Under the pieces are notes generated by a model. It searched no databases, was not told where the DNA came from, and saw only the letters and a list, made by a program, of their open reading frames with translations. A stretch of 53,335 bases of DNA, counting the filler, from Diploschistes diacapsis (taxonomy: Eukaryota), in NCBI GenBank assembly GCA_023645945.1. It is 3 parts of 3 records of this genome, joined end to end, with 100 filler letters (N's around TTAATTAATTAA, not from the genome) between each part and the next. Parts side by side here need not be neighbours in the genome. Positions count along the whole stretch, not along the records: positions 1 to 17,722 come from JALAIB010000440.1; 2 more parts are not named here. One strand, given 5' to 3'. Positions 1-12,641 of the stretch are shown here, piece after piece. Positions within the stretch are counted from its first letter, which is position 1, and every line of letters begins with the position of its first letter. Both the position numbers and the translations under genes were made by a program.

Positions 1-20
1 CAGTAAAGGAAAGATCAATC

Positions 21-3000
21 TCATCTCATCCTCCGCACCACCCCGCCAACCACGCGGCCCACGCTCTCCGTCCCCAGAACCTCCAGGATCCCCACGCTGA
101 CCCCCGTCGCCTGCGCGATCCAAGCGCGCACCTGCACGGCCACCAGGCTGTCCAGGCCCTGCTCCGCCATGCTCTTGGACGCCGTCAGATCCTCTGCCGG
201 CACCATGAGCAGGCCTGCCAGGTGCGAGAGGAGGGCGCATGTGAGCAGGGCGTGGGCTTCTTGGTTTTCTTCCGTGCCCGGCCCACCCGCACCACTTCCC
301 ATTTCTTCGCTTTCGGGCTGGGGTTGAGACGGCGAAGAGAGTGCAGCAGCCAGCTTGGCGCGGATACCCGCGGGCCCATCCCCGTCTCCGTGCCCACCAG
401 CATTCAACCTCGCCGGATGCTCTCCCGGTGCCTCCGCAACGCAGCACGTCGCCCGATACCTCTCGAACCGCCCCTCCACGATCCCGGGCCTCTTCGCCGC
501 ATCGCCGCCCCTGTACGGCCCCAGCCCGCTGACGATCGTCCCTCCACCAACCCTTCTCGCGGGATGCCGCACCGCAAACTCCACCATGCCCAGCAGCTGC
601 CTCTCGCTGATCCCCTCGAACCCCAACGCCTCGAGGCCCTGGCGCACGGACGCGTTCTCGGCGACGTAGCCGACGTCGCTGATCATGCCGAGGGCGAGAG
701 AGGTGCAGGGCAGAGGCGGGGAATGGGAGAGGCGGAAAGAGGCGAAGGCGTCGAGGAAGGTGGAGGCGGCACCGTATGCGGATTGCGAAGGGTTGCCGAG
801 GGTGCCGATGGCCGAGGAGAGGAGGATGAAGAAGTCGAGGGAAAGAGCTCGGTCTTGGGAGCTGAAGGCTTCGTGCAGGTTCCATGTCCCGCGGACCTTC
901 GGCGCGATGGAGGCCGTGTAGTCCGCATGCGAGAGGGTTCGGAAGAAGGCGTTGCGGATGACCATGGCGGCGTTGATGACGCCGCGGATCGGTGGGCTGG
1001 TGGGGTCGGCGGCGAGGGAGGAGAGGAGGGTGTTTAGTTGGGCCTTGTGGCTAACGTCGCAGGCGTGGACGGAGACGGTGGCGCCGAGGGAGCGGAGGGA
1101 CTGGACGAGGTGCTGGGCGGAGGTGTTGCTTGGGGAGAGGCCGGAGCGGGAGGCGAAGACAATGTGCTTGGCGCCCTTGGAGACCATCCAGTGGGCGATT
1201 GAGCGGCCGAGACCGCCGAGGCCGCCGACCAGCAGGTAGGAGGCGTCGGGTCGGAAGAGAGGGCTCGCATTTGGGCGAGGGAGGGCGTGGACGAGAGCTG
1301 TGGGAGATGTAGTGATGACGACGTCGGGTGAGGAGACTTGCAGGACATCTTTGAGCTGCGATATGGGCAACGTGGTGAGGTCTGTTGGGAGAGCTTTTGG
1401 GTGTTTCTTGAGGAATGCAATGGCTTGGGCAAAGGCTCTGTTGGCTTGAGTAGGGCGCTGAGCAAGCAGCTGGACGAAGTCGACACGGGAAAAAGTGATG
1501 TTGTTGGAAACTCGTTTAAGCTCCACCACCTTAGCGTTAGAGGCAGCATTATCTGCTCCAGAAAGCTCAAGAAAGCGGCCGAAGGGGCCAACGCAGGCAG
1601 CCAGTTGCTGACCAAGTTCGCTCGAGCTGGAGTCTGCAGTGCTGATAACGATGTCGACGCCTCGGTTTCCCGTCCGTCGCAGGATAGCTTTTGACAAGTA
1701 GCTGCTTTTGAGTACGACGTGGTCCTCGGAGACACTCAGTTCCTTTACCAACGACTTTCTCTCCTCTGCGGTCTCGGCTAATAATAAGACTTCAGCATCA
1801 AAGGCTTGAGACATCCTGACCAAGGCGTGGCCCGTTGCTCCCGTTCTCGCGTCGACCATCACAGTCTCGCCTTCCTCGAGGCTGGCTACCTTGAACAGCG
1901 AGAAGTATGCAGTGGAATATGCGAATGGAATAGCCGCCGCGATTTCGAAAGATACTCTTTCTGGAATTAGCTGTACTCTGGAAGCCTCGACCCGGACGTA
2001 GCTGCAGAAAGGCTTATCAGAGAGACATGTGACCCGGTCTCCTACCTGAAATGTGCTAACCTTTTCGCCGACTGCAGAGATGAGCCCGCTGTGAGCCCTG
2101 CAACCGATTGCTGATGAAGTGCCAGATGAACCAAAATCAGACGCCTTGACCTCGATTTCCACGCAGCTTTCCGACATCTTTTGCTCGAGCTCCACGTCAT
2201 CCACGAAGTAGTCATCGCCAGTCTCATCGGAGTTCTTCAAGACGAGCGGCCGGCCAGGCTGACAGAATGGGTGCTCTTCGGGTGCTAGGCTCTCGAAAGT
2301 GGAACAGACTGTTTGGTTAACAGACTCGTCTTCGATGATCCTCGGAACTATGAGAACACCGCTTCGTTCCGTGAATTCAGTATCGCTATCGCTTGACTTG
2401 TACTCGGAGTTAAAGCACTTTTCAAAGACTTCAGTAATGCACCTAGCAGCCGAACTGCTCTCAATTTCTCTTACGGGATCTAGATCGAGGGTGATGATTT
2501 TCGAGTTGCTCTCTAATCTGACCGTTCTCGCAAGACCAGAGATCAAGTTCGCGTCTGGATTGGAAGCGTCCATTGTAGCTCCCCGGGTCACCCAGAGAGT
2601 GCCGTTGGCACCAGAAAGCATAGCCTGCAAGGTCTCAAGGTCTGATTGGCTGGGATTGCTGAGCATGTCGCCAAGCGTCTCTGCAATAACGACAGATATA
2701 CGATCCTCGAACAGCAGGTTGCTGATTGAATTTTGTGAAACATGAATTCCAAGTCCGCTTAAAGCATCAATGAGCGGTCCGAAGGTTCTATTTCCAGCAC
2801 CTTTGCCGAGAACCAGCTGTATATTCGGAAACTTTGATAGGTCGGTATTGGCTTCTAGCTTGTTGCCAGCTTGGCTTTCACGTGAAATAAATGCCGTGCT
2901 GGCTTCCCAGTCCGTGCGGAAGCATAATTTGGCAGGTGCATCGGATACTTGTTCTGTCCGAGCACTGGGCAACGCAGAGCAAACGAGGCCCTCAAAAGAA

Positions 3001-6000
3001 ATCATTGGATCAACGTTGTTGTCATCAAAAGCAACGACTGAGCTTGTTCGCTTTAGCGGGTCAACCATTTCGCTTTTCGAATAGACTTGAAATTCATGAC
3101 CAGGCTGCGTGGAGACCTTGGCTGATATGAACATTTCTGCGATAGAAGTCGGTACCATAGTTCCTTGCAGAGATCCTTCTGCTTCTATCATGCCGGGGAA
3201 GAGGCATTGAATGAAACCGTCGACGGTGCTAGGATGCACCACACAAGGATGTTGGTATCTTGAAGGCATTATTTCAGCCGTGTCGTAGATACTGAGTGTA
3301 CCGATTGATCGGTACGGTGCCGCTCGGGAACGAGTAATTAATGAGAAACTGTGTCCGTACTGTAGCCCGGCGGCGTCCAGACTCTTGTACATTTGTTTGA
3401 TGTCGACATGGTGCAGGCAAGTGGATTCGGCATCCAAGATCATCTGTTCCTGAGCTTTTCTTTCTTCTTCGTCCATGACCTCCTCTTGTTGTATAGCTAT
3501 GAAGCCACGGCAATGCTCCGTCCAATTGCTGTTCGAACTTACAGAGTAAATTCGGAACTCACTCCAGGCGGTGGCAGCAGAAGACCCGCTATCGCATGGC
3601 TGAAGAGAAATCATGGTTTCTACCTCACCTTCCGGGACTACCAGGGCATGACCTATCTTGATGTCACGCAATCTGTATCCAGAAATTGGCAATGTGGTCT
3701 GGCTGGCATGTTCTCGAGCAGCTTCGACAGCCATGGCGACATACCCGCCGGCAGGGTAGACTGTACTGCCTTGAATCTTATGATCCCTTAGCCAAGGAAG
3801 CTCTGCAGGCCGCACGTAGTTCCTCCAACGAGGTTCTTGAGGCATCCAATTTCGGACCCTAGCCCCCAGAATGTCGCTCCGAGGAGCCGGTCTCAGACGG
3901 TGCTCTCTGGCCTCGCGCGACTCGGCCCAGTATTTCTCGGAATGGTTCCAAGGGTAAGGGGGCAAATCTACTAGGACCTGATGCTTGTCCCATCCGGATG
4001 GGTTGTTGACTTTGTCCAGATTCACGGGGTAGCCGCATTTGAAGAGGTCGCTGACGAGCTGGAGCGCTGTATCGACGGAGTTCTGGTTGCGAGCTAGGGC
4101 TGAAATATATTTCACGGAAGAGGCACGAAGATCTTTATCGTTACGCAGTATCTGTTTAATGGGGCCAGCAAGTGCTCCAGATGGGCCAAGCTCCACAAGA
4201 ACATCCACAGCAGGCTTGAAGTCACCGCTGGAGCTTCCGTCGTTGCCATATCTGCACAAGCTGTGCAACGAGTCGTTGAACTCAACGGGCGAGACCATGT
4301 TCGTCACCCAGTAAGAGGGTTGCAACTCGGATGTGGAGAGAGGACCTCCAGTCACAGAAGAGTAGAATCTGACATTTGTTGATTCTAAAGGATGGATAGA
4401 TGCCAAAGCTGCCAGATAGTCCTCAGCAATGCACAGCATGTGGTGGGAGTGATACGCAATGTCGACCTTAACCTTGCGAGCAAAGACGCCTTCCTTTTGA
4501 AGCATATCCAGGAGCTCTTCAATAGCGGGCTCGTCTCCTGAGACCGTGACACTTGATGGACTGTTGATGCAGGCAACCACAGCTTGACCCTTCGTAAGCT
4601 CCGATACTCGGTTCTGAGCTTCTTCCCTTGAAAGTCCAACGGCAAGCATAGATCCCTTTCTATTAGGATATCTTTCTTTGATCACTGGAGCAGCTAGACC
4701 ACGGAAGTATGCCACGGCGATTGCAGATTTTTGGGATAACGCGCCAGCGGCATAAGCAGCTGCAATTTCACCAGAAGAGTGACCGGTTACAGCCCAAGGC
4801 ATGATGCCCCAAGACGTAAGAAGGTCGACTAAAGCGATTTGAACTGCAGTGCAAGCAGGTTGGCTCAAGTATCCGAGACCAATCTGAGAATCTTCTGCAG
4901 GTTTTGAAAGCTCATCCAGTAGTGACCAGGTAGCGCCGAGGAATTTGAGGTACTTTCCTGACCTGATCATAGAATCGCGGAAGACGGGGTAAGACCCAAT
5001 GAGTTCGCGGCCCATTGCATGCCATTGCGCACCCTGGCCGGTGAAGACGAAACCCAGCTTTGGAGCTCTTCTCGATCTTGTGTATGTCAGATCACTTTGT
5101 AACCTTTCAATAAGTTGCTCAACGGACGAAGCTGAGATTGCTGCCTTCCATGGAAAGGTGGATCTGCGGCTACAGAGTGTATGCGCCAGGCTATCAAAGG
5201 TATAGCGATTGAAAACATGCCGCCGTTCGGTGAGGTAGGCAGACAACATCTGAGTTTGGAGCCTCGCGGAGGCATCATTCTGGGCTGTAAGGACGAAAAG
5301 CCTGGCAATCTCGAGACTTTCCCTAGGGGTCGTAACAACGGCTTCGCCAATTGACGCAGGAATTGAGGGAATAGACCGATACGCTCCCGGCAATTTACGC
5401 TTAGCAAGATAACCAGCTGTACCGTCCACAATGATGTGAGTGTTACTTCCCCCGTATCCGTAATTGCACACAGAGGCTCGACGTACACGAGTGGTGGGCC
5501 ATGGTTGGACGGTTGTTGGGACCTTCAATCGCCGCTCTCCAAAAGGGATCCGGTCATTTGCCTTTTCGAAGTTGCCGTTGGGGAGGATTAAATTATTCTC
5601 CAGCATCAACACAGCCTTGATAAGCCCGGCAAGCCCACTTGCACCTTCCAGATGACCAATCTTTGTTTTGACCGATCCAACAATCAGCGGTTCGCTCGCC
5701 GGCCGCCCTTGAGTGAATACTTTCGAGAGCGCCTCGGCTTCGAGTGGATCCCCTACAGCAGTCCCCGTCCCGTGCGCCTCGACATAGCCTGTACGAGCGG
5801 GATCTAGGCCAGCTGCGTTGTAAACTTTCTTCATAAGGGCTTCTTGCGCTGCCATGCTGGGCAACGTTATGCCGTTCGTCTTTCCGTCCTGATTTGTCCC
5901 TGTATTTCGAATAATTCCTCTTATCGTGTCTCCGTCCTTTAGCGCCTGGTCTAATGTTTTAAGAATAATACAAGCTGCTCCTTCTCCACGCGCATACCCG

Positions 6001-6977
6001 TTGGCGCGGTGATCATAAGCATAAGTACGCCCATCCGGTGAAAGAAACCTATCACGCTTATCAGCTAGCACATGCTTTGTATGCGTTCTGTATTCATACC
6101 TCATACGACTCATAGAAATCATGGTCTCATGACTCAAAATAATATTGGACCCTCCAACCAAAGCTTGTTTGGATTCTCCAGTTTTCAAACTTTGACAGGC
6201 AAGGTGCACAGCAACCAAGCTAGAGGAGCATGCCGTATCAACCGACATGCTCGGACCTGATAAATTATAAAAGTAAGAAATGCGGTTAGCAAGGAGTGCC
6301 TGCCCCGTGCCAGTCGCCTGATAGAATGGAAGTGCTTCAACATCTCGGTTTAGAATATCCGTCCAGTCTCTGCAAAAGGAGCCTGCGAAAACAGCTGTCT
6401 CTGTGCCCACGATTTTGCTCAACGGTATTCCGGCTGAACGCAATCCGTAAGCGAAGCTTGACAAGGTTTGCTGAGGACTACACACCGTTCTCCAAAGCTT
6501 CGTATGAACATTCGAGCATCAGACGCTGTTGCGGGTCCATAGCCTGGCGGCATCAGCCATGGTCTCTCAACATCAGTGTGCTGTGCCTTACCGCCGCCTC
6601 TTCTTTTGTTATATTGAAAAACGGAGCATCGAAATGTGCAAGATCTTCAGCCAGGAAGTATGCACCTTTGACGTTTGTCTAAGTCGCGATCAGTAAAGTC
6701 TTGTGGTCATCGTGCCCTTGCTCACAGTGCCCGCCCTATTCGAGTCTGGATGGTAGTATCCATCAGGATTGAATCTGTCTTCCTTCATCGGCGTCCAAGC
6801 ATCTTGTGATCCCGTGCACATCCTCCACAGGTTTTCCACGTTAGACGCTTCGCCCGGGAAGCGACAGCTCATGCCCACAATAGCTATGGGTATTGTCTTA
6901 TCGGAAGTACTTTCCATTGTGGCTGCCCCACTTGTGGGCATGGTATATTGAAAATCATCCAGAATCAAAGGCGCCAT
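21..6977 (-). CDS. Highly reducing iterative type I polyketide synthase (KS-AT-DH-ER0-KR-ACP), apparently intact
   Basis: ATG at 6977. Four GT-AG introns read from sequence (6679-6725, 6544-6591, 6434-6485, in-frame 6049-6099) join IAIVGMSCRFPG, MDPQQR and the long ORF. Motifs: KS DTACSSS, EAHGTGT, KTKIGHLEG; AT GHSSG and AYHSH; DH HKIQGSTVYP and HPSTVD; KR GGLGGLG and QSAYGAAS; ACP GLDSL. No SAM-binding domain between DH and the KR structural subdomain. Confidence 0.95.
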
Positions 6978-7424
6978 GCTGAAAACTAGGTATCACTGAA
7001 AGAAATCGGAGACGTTGAGAAATACACCGCTGTAAAGGAAAGACATCACAAGCACGGGAGAAGAGGAGAACGTAAAGATGAGCAAAATAAAACCATTGGA
7101 ACAGAAGAGAGTAAGCTTGATGATACAGTACTCAGGAATTATTACTCAGCCCTCGATGTGTAACCATCTCGCGTTCTGTCCCATATTCGCAGCTGGTATA
7201 GCTGGCCTAACGTGGCGCAATTCAGAAGGGATAGTGGTGCACAGAGTAGGATGCAACTTCAGTGGCCAATATCGTGCAACGTGAGGCCGTGCTGACCGAT
7301 GGGGGGTTTTGTTTGAGATCAAAAAGCAAAGCAAGGGTATTTTAGGGCTGGTCTTGCAGTCAACTTCTCGAAAAAGGCAAGTATGTTGGCGCTAGCCCCT
7401 GTAAGGTTAGGCTCAATGCTCTGT

Positions 7425-7453
7425 GCCACGTGAAATAAGTAGGGGCCACGTGA
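7425..7453. promoter_or_regulatory. Two GCCACGTGA (E-box) elements 20 bp apart in the divergent PKS/acyltransferase promoter
   Basis: Identical 9-mers at 7425-7433 and 7445-7453; CACGTG is the canonical bHLH site. Function is inferred only. Confidence 0.35.
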
Positions 7454-8111
7454 TTCTTAGGCTAGCTGTGTACGTCATTATTACGAGTACGGTACAGCTA
7501 CTTGTCGTAAATTACGCTTATAGTAGCGCATAATTAGGCTAGTATGGTGAATCCACGAGAGATCAAATGATACGAAATTGAAACTAATACATTCATACCC
7601 TGTACCCTAACTGAAATTGACAGGCACTTAGCCGGAAAATTACCGAAGGTGTCATTCATTCATTCTTCCTGTGTCAGCATAGCCCCAACGCCACCTCCTT
7701 CAGCCAAGCCAGGGCTATCTATAGCTGAGCCTGTGCATCAAGAAGGCCAGCTGTTCTAGCTGAAGTTGTACAGAGCAGAATGCAGATAGTAGTCGAGTTA
7801 CTTTCGGAAGTGAGTCAGGCTGTCCCATGTCTCTTCTTTACAGCAGTCTAGGTCGAGAAACAGGCTTTATTTACACCCAACACTGTACTACTACATCACT
7901 CCTATAGGTAAATCAATTTATTCTCGAAGATAAGGGCGAATTGTTTTCAACATACACGCATACTATAGATATTGTCTCTACACTCCACCTTGGCTTCCAT
8001 TCTATCTGCCTCAGAGGTCTATGTATTGAAGGCTGTTTGTTTAACTATTGCATCCGAACACACCGTCAGCATAATCCATCTTTACTCGTCCTTCGCAGGA
8101 CAGTGACGGCG

Positions 8112-9537
8112 ATGATCGACTTCCTAATGCCCTTCGGGCTGGCCCATGTGCTCCTTTTCGTGGGTCTAGTCTATACAGCTCCCTCCTCCCTGTTTCTCAG
8201 GCTTTCCTTGTTCGCTCTGATTGTTGCGCTATGCTTCATGGCTGTCAGAAGCGAATTTGCCTTGAACATTCCTGGCCAGGCCGGAGGTCAATACATATAC
8301 GGCATGATGATGAGTTGTTCGCATTTCTTGCTGCTTGCACGAGCCTCGGCCCTAACCCACGCAAAGCCTGGGGCCGAATGGAGATGGGGATGGGATATGC
8401 TGTGTTCCGCACGGTGGGGCGTCTCACCAAAGATCATTCCGCCCTTTCGCCGGAAAGACAAATCTTATGTTCCTTCAAGGAGGGAGTTTCTGCTCGGTCG
8501 GGCATGGGACTTGGTCTGGACCTCTAGCCTCATTTACCTACTGGGAAATTATAAACTTTATATATACTCGTGGGATTTCTCCATGGTACCGGATGGCTTC
8601 CTTCATAGGCTTTCCGAAGTCAGCGGCCGCGAATGGATCATTCGCGTCTATATGACGTTAGTCGGCAAGGGGGAGGTCTACTTAACTTTGAGAGCTGGCC
8701 ACAGTCTCGTCTCTTTGATCGGCGTCGGATTTGGAGATACTCCCGAGAGATATCCGCCGCTGTTCGGAAGCATTCAAGAAACCTATCGCGTGCGTAGATT
8801 CTATGTGTAAGTGACCGGATCCACTCCCGTTAGCTAGCAACTGACTGCATTTCAGATATTTCTGGCATCATCTCGTCCGTAAAGTTTTTACGACTCACTC
8901 CTCACTGGTCGTGAACGATATTCTCAGAGTTCCACGTAACACCGAAGTCTCCAGGTACCTAGTACTGACTGGAAGCTTCTTCATGTCCGCCGGAATGCAT
9001 ATCTTCATTGCACCAAACATTCCCTTGAAGTGTTCCATCTGGCCCCAATTACGCTATTACCTATCTATTGCCGGTGCTATAGTCCTGGAGGATGTCCTTA
9101 TCATTACTTACAACCAGACCAAGAAGCGCCTTGGTGCGCGGGAGGCAACCGACAAGGCAGGCTCAGTTAACGCAACGAAAACGGAGAGACCCACGGATAT
9201 CCAAAGAAGTGAGAAGTCGAGTGATGACATGGTGCTCCGTGAAGCCGACCAAACTGTCACGAATCAAGTTACTGGGGCCAAAATAGACGCTCAAACCGAC
9301 GGTAACGCTCTAAGAAAACGAGACGTAGCACCTCAAGAACCGAAGGCTGAAAAAAGTGCATCAGTTGTCCCTACAGCTGCCGTCTCCACAACTGCAACTA
9401 GCAAGCTCTTCAAGGTGCTTGGCTATGTGTGGGTATTTGCATTCGAGGTGTGGTCCACGTCGAAGTTCCTCTATCTGACACAGCAATGTCAGATAAAACT
9501 CAACACCTGGCCATTCTACTGGGAAGGAGACGACTAG
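8112..9537 (+). CDS. Membrane-bound O-acyltransferase, wax synthase/MBOAT_2 family (Tri7/SirH/Pyr8-like)
   Basis: Hydrophobic multi-TM protein. Intron 8807-8855 joins PPLFGSIQETYRVRRFY to VYFWHHLVRK (family PPLFG...RRFWG.FWHQ motif); FFMSAGMH carries the conserved His; C-terminal LGYVWV. Confidence 0.85.
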
Positions 9538-10754
9538 GTGATGATGCAATAATGGGGCCATCTATTGACCTTTTCGCAGTAACCACCCTGCATCCATATA
9601 CACGCCCAAACTTCTTGCTCGTAGCTCCGGCTCGAGGGTTACCATATCAGGAAGGAGCAAGGTTCAATTCAACCTGTCGACATGCGCATCAGCACAAGTC
9701 GAATGGATCAGATACGATGCTGTTAACGTTCACAACTTCAAGCGATGAGCCTCCTCCAGCAATACCGGATCTCAACACCTCAAGCGTACCAACAGTATTT
9801 CGTCCGCCTTTCGAAGTAACTACTTGGGCCTAACACTTGGCGATCGCAGTAAGAATCACCCAAATACCGCTGTTTTAAGGCTTTGGTCGTCCGGTCCGCA
9901 GTATCTGCACCACTAAGAGTCCACAAGGCATTGACATGGGCAGAGCATGCGAATCAAGGAGGGGAGATTCGGCAAGAGAAGCCCAAGCAGATGGAGAAGC
10001 ATCGCGCAGGATAGGATGGATGATGCGGTAACTATATATTCCTTTAAGTTAGAAATCCATCTCGCATTTCCGTTGGAGACAGGTGTGCGGAGTATGATGT
10101 TGACACGGGAATTGCTCTTCAGATATAGATGGCCAAGGGCTGGCGTCTACTGGGTTGCTGGTCGCGTTCCCTCAACTTCAGGAGTGGGTTCTTGGGGTGA
10201 GCATAGTTTCAATGTTGTCCGGTGTAATAACAGATGTTTCCAAATAAAGCCCGGTGTGAAAGATGTCGGTAAAAGTCCCAATGTAGCCGGAGTTAGATAG
10301 CTGAAGTTCATGGAGAAAATAGTAGAGTCGGAGGCAGGTCCGAGGAAATGAAGCATCAAATCTAGGGATATATATGGTCATCTACTTGAGAAAGAATAGA
10401 TTGCGTAGCTCACCTAGAATTTATCTACGAAAGGTATCTACGACGTCTGTTGCGCCAACGTAGATATTGCTTGTAAGTAGTATATGAAGATATAGGCTTT
10501 TTTACAGGCTTCGATACGTATTTAGCCCTAGATGACTCAAGGAGTTGTGAATGGCCAACCAAGCGACGCCAAGAGTACGAGGATTCTTAAGCCACCTGCC
10601 CCTCGCCCCTCATTCATCACTGTCCCTCTTCAACATCACAAGCAAATAACCACAACCACCGATACCAACGCCACAAAGCTCACAGCTCTCAGCACACAGC
10701 ATCACTTCACGTCTTATCTTTTCATTTAACAAACAAGAAGATCTAGTCGGATTT

Positions 10755-11624
10755 ATGACAGCGGATATCCAGAACTTGAAGAATTTCGACCCGTTCGCGG
10801 AGGCGGATGATGATCCAGGCGAGACTAAACAGTCTCAAAACTACATTCACATCCGTATACAGCAACGTGTATGTTCTATTCTATCCTTCTGGTCTGATGT
10901 ATATCTGATGAACTCTAGAACGGGCGTAAAACACTCACAACTGTGCAGTAAGTGCCCTCTCACACCAACATGATCTCCAGCCTCGTTCTGAAAACCTATG
11001 TTGTTCTCTTGGCTGTCGCACGCTATGCGAAAAAAGAACGCTGGTGACGCAATTCTGGGAAACGACACATCTGCATGAAAGATTGCGCGGCATAGGTCTG
11101 CCTGTATAACAGACATATTACTGTTTTATCACCTTGAGGAGACATCTCGTACCCAATCATCCAATCCAGGTCTTCGTTCTATTGTCATCGACCTCAGAAT
11201 ATGGCCAAGAAGGATCTGTACTCTCAACTCATCACTCATCGCAAAACCAAAATTTCTGCTATTTCTCTGCTAATGCCTATTCAAGAGGTCTTCCGAAAAA
11301 GTTCGACCAGAAGAAGATTCTAAAGGTCATCAAGAAGAAATTCGCTTGCAATGGTGAGTATTAATCCACAATATACACTTTCGCTGACAATAGGATAGGA
11401 ACTATTGTCAGCGACAGTGAGATGGGGGAGGTGATTCAGCTACAGGGTGACCAGCGCAAGGATGTCCAAGAATTCCTCGTCGATAAGAAGGAGGGCTTAG
11501 ACCTTGATGCCAAAACCATAAAGGTATGCACACTTCCCACAGCTCACGGTTGAGAATTTGCGTTCTTTCTGTTGTTAGACCGAGGCTTATGCTTACGCGC
11601 TATGCATAGGTTCATGGCTTTTAA
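10755..11624 (+). CDS. SUI1: Translation initiation factor eIF1
   Basis: Exons 10755-10868, 10919-10947, 11286-11353, 11399-11523 and 11610-11624 give NLKNFDPFAEAD...IHIRIQQRNGRKTLTTVQGLPKKFDQKKILKVIKKKFACNGTIV...GEVIQLQGDQRKDV...IKVHGF*. Confidence 0.97.
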
Positions 11625-12641
11625 GCCATTTCTCCCGCCGCATCTCACTCACACCCTTTCGATCTTGCATGGGTATCCGGTCTGAACGTACGATCTGGCA
11701 GTTCTTGCGGCCGGTCGCAAGACTTGATTTTGAGATAAGGCAACTAACCCAAACGAGGCGGCGCATAAGTGGGAACTTAGCGTGACAAGCTTTCGAGAAG
11801 TCAAGAAGAGCCTGGTTGATCGGAAATGGGGCCATAATGCGAGCTTGTCAGATACGTTCGTTGCTCTTTCATGCTTTTACGAAGCTTGGCTTAGTTTAGC
11901 TTATCCAACTGGCCCAATGCCATGGTTCTGTTAGTTAGGAATGCATGTTATAAAGCAGAGAGGCATTGCTCCCAAATAATGATCACATGCCCATTGCCAT
12001 TTTGCACCGACTTCATCGACACCCGTTAGCGGGGCGTAAACGCGGCCTGACACAGGAATAAAAGACATAAAGTTACTTGGATTAAGACCGACTGCCGGTG
12101 GGTGACAACGACGAAGAGAATTTCTGTTGATCATCAAAAGTATTGAACCTCGACATGGCGTTAACTTTCTCGGGATCGGTCCAGGAATGAAAACGTTCCA
12201 AAGCGTTGCTGGGTCTACGCTGTGATGGACGTAGAGAAGAACACATCTGAGATGTTGGGGACAAGCGTTCCATAATGACAGCATATTTGCCGAGGTTGAT
12301 CAAACTACTACCGCTTCATGGCGAAGCTACGTTCCATTTACACCAGCATCACTACTGAACGCTCTGAGATGCTACGGACCCCAAACTCTAAAAGACTAGG
12401 AAAGCTTTTCACAAGTCATTGCTATCCTCGGACTGGAGCGAAGCACGACATGTGCCTCGGCTCCAACGGAGATGGTGGCACTCAAAACTACCCACCCATT
12501 TCCCTCCTTTGCGCTGAAGCTCTTCTCGAGCAGAATTATCTGCCTCTCAAAGTTGTTTAAACCCCCCTGGTATACCTAACAATTACAAATAACTGAGCAT
12601 TCTCGACAACTCTTGGTCCAGAGCCACTATCGAATCCCGAG

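Noticed and set aside
222..1735. Long antisense and alternate-frame ORFs over the PKS 3' end (e.g. 222-1037 +, 1034-1735 -)
   Set aside because: Shadow ORFs caused by high GC and scarce stop codons; no domain motifs.
7941..8111. N-terminal extension of the MBOAT from a TTG start
   Set aside because: Non-ATG start with promoter/UTR-like sequence; ATG 8112 gives a typical hydrophobic N-terminus.
9560..10381. Minus-strand protein-like fragments between the MBOAT gene and SUI1
   Set aside because: Could not be spliced into an open frame and no family is recognisable.
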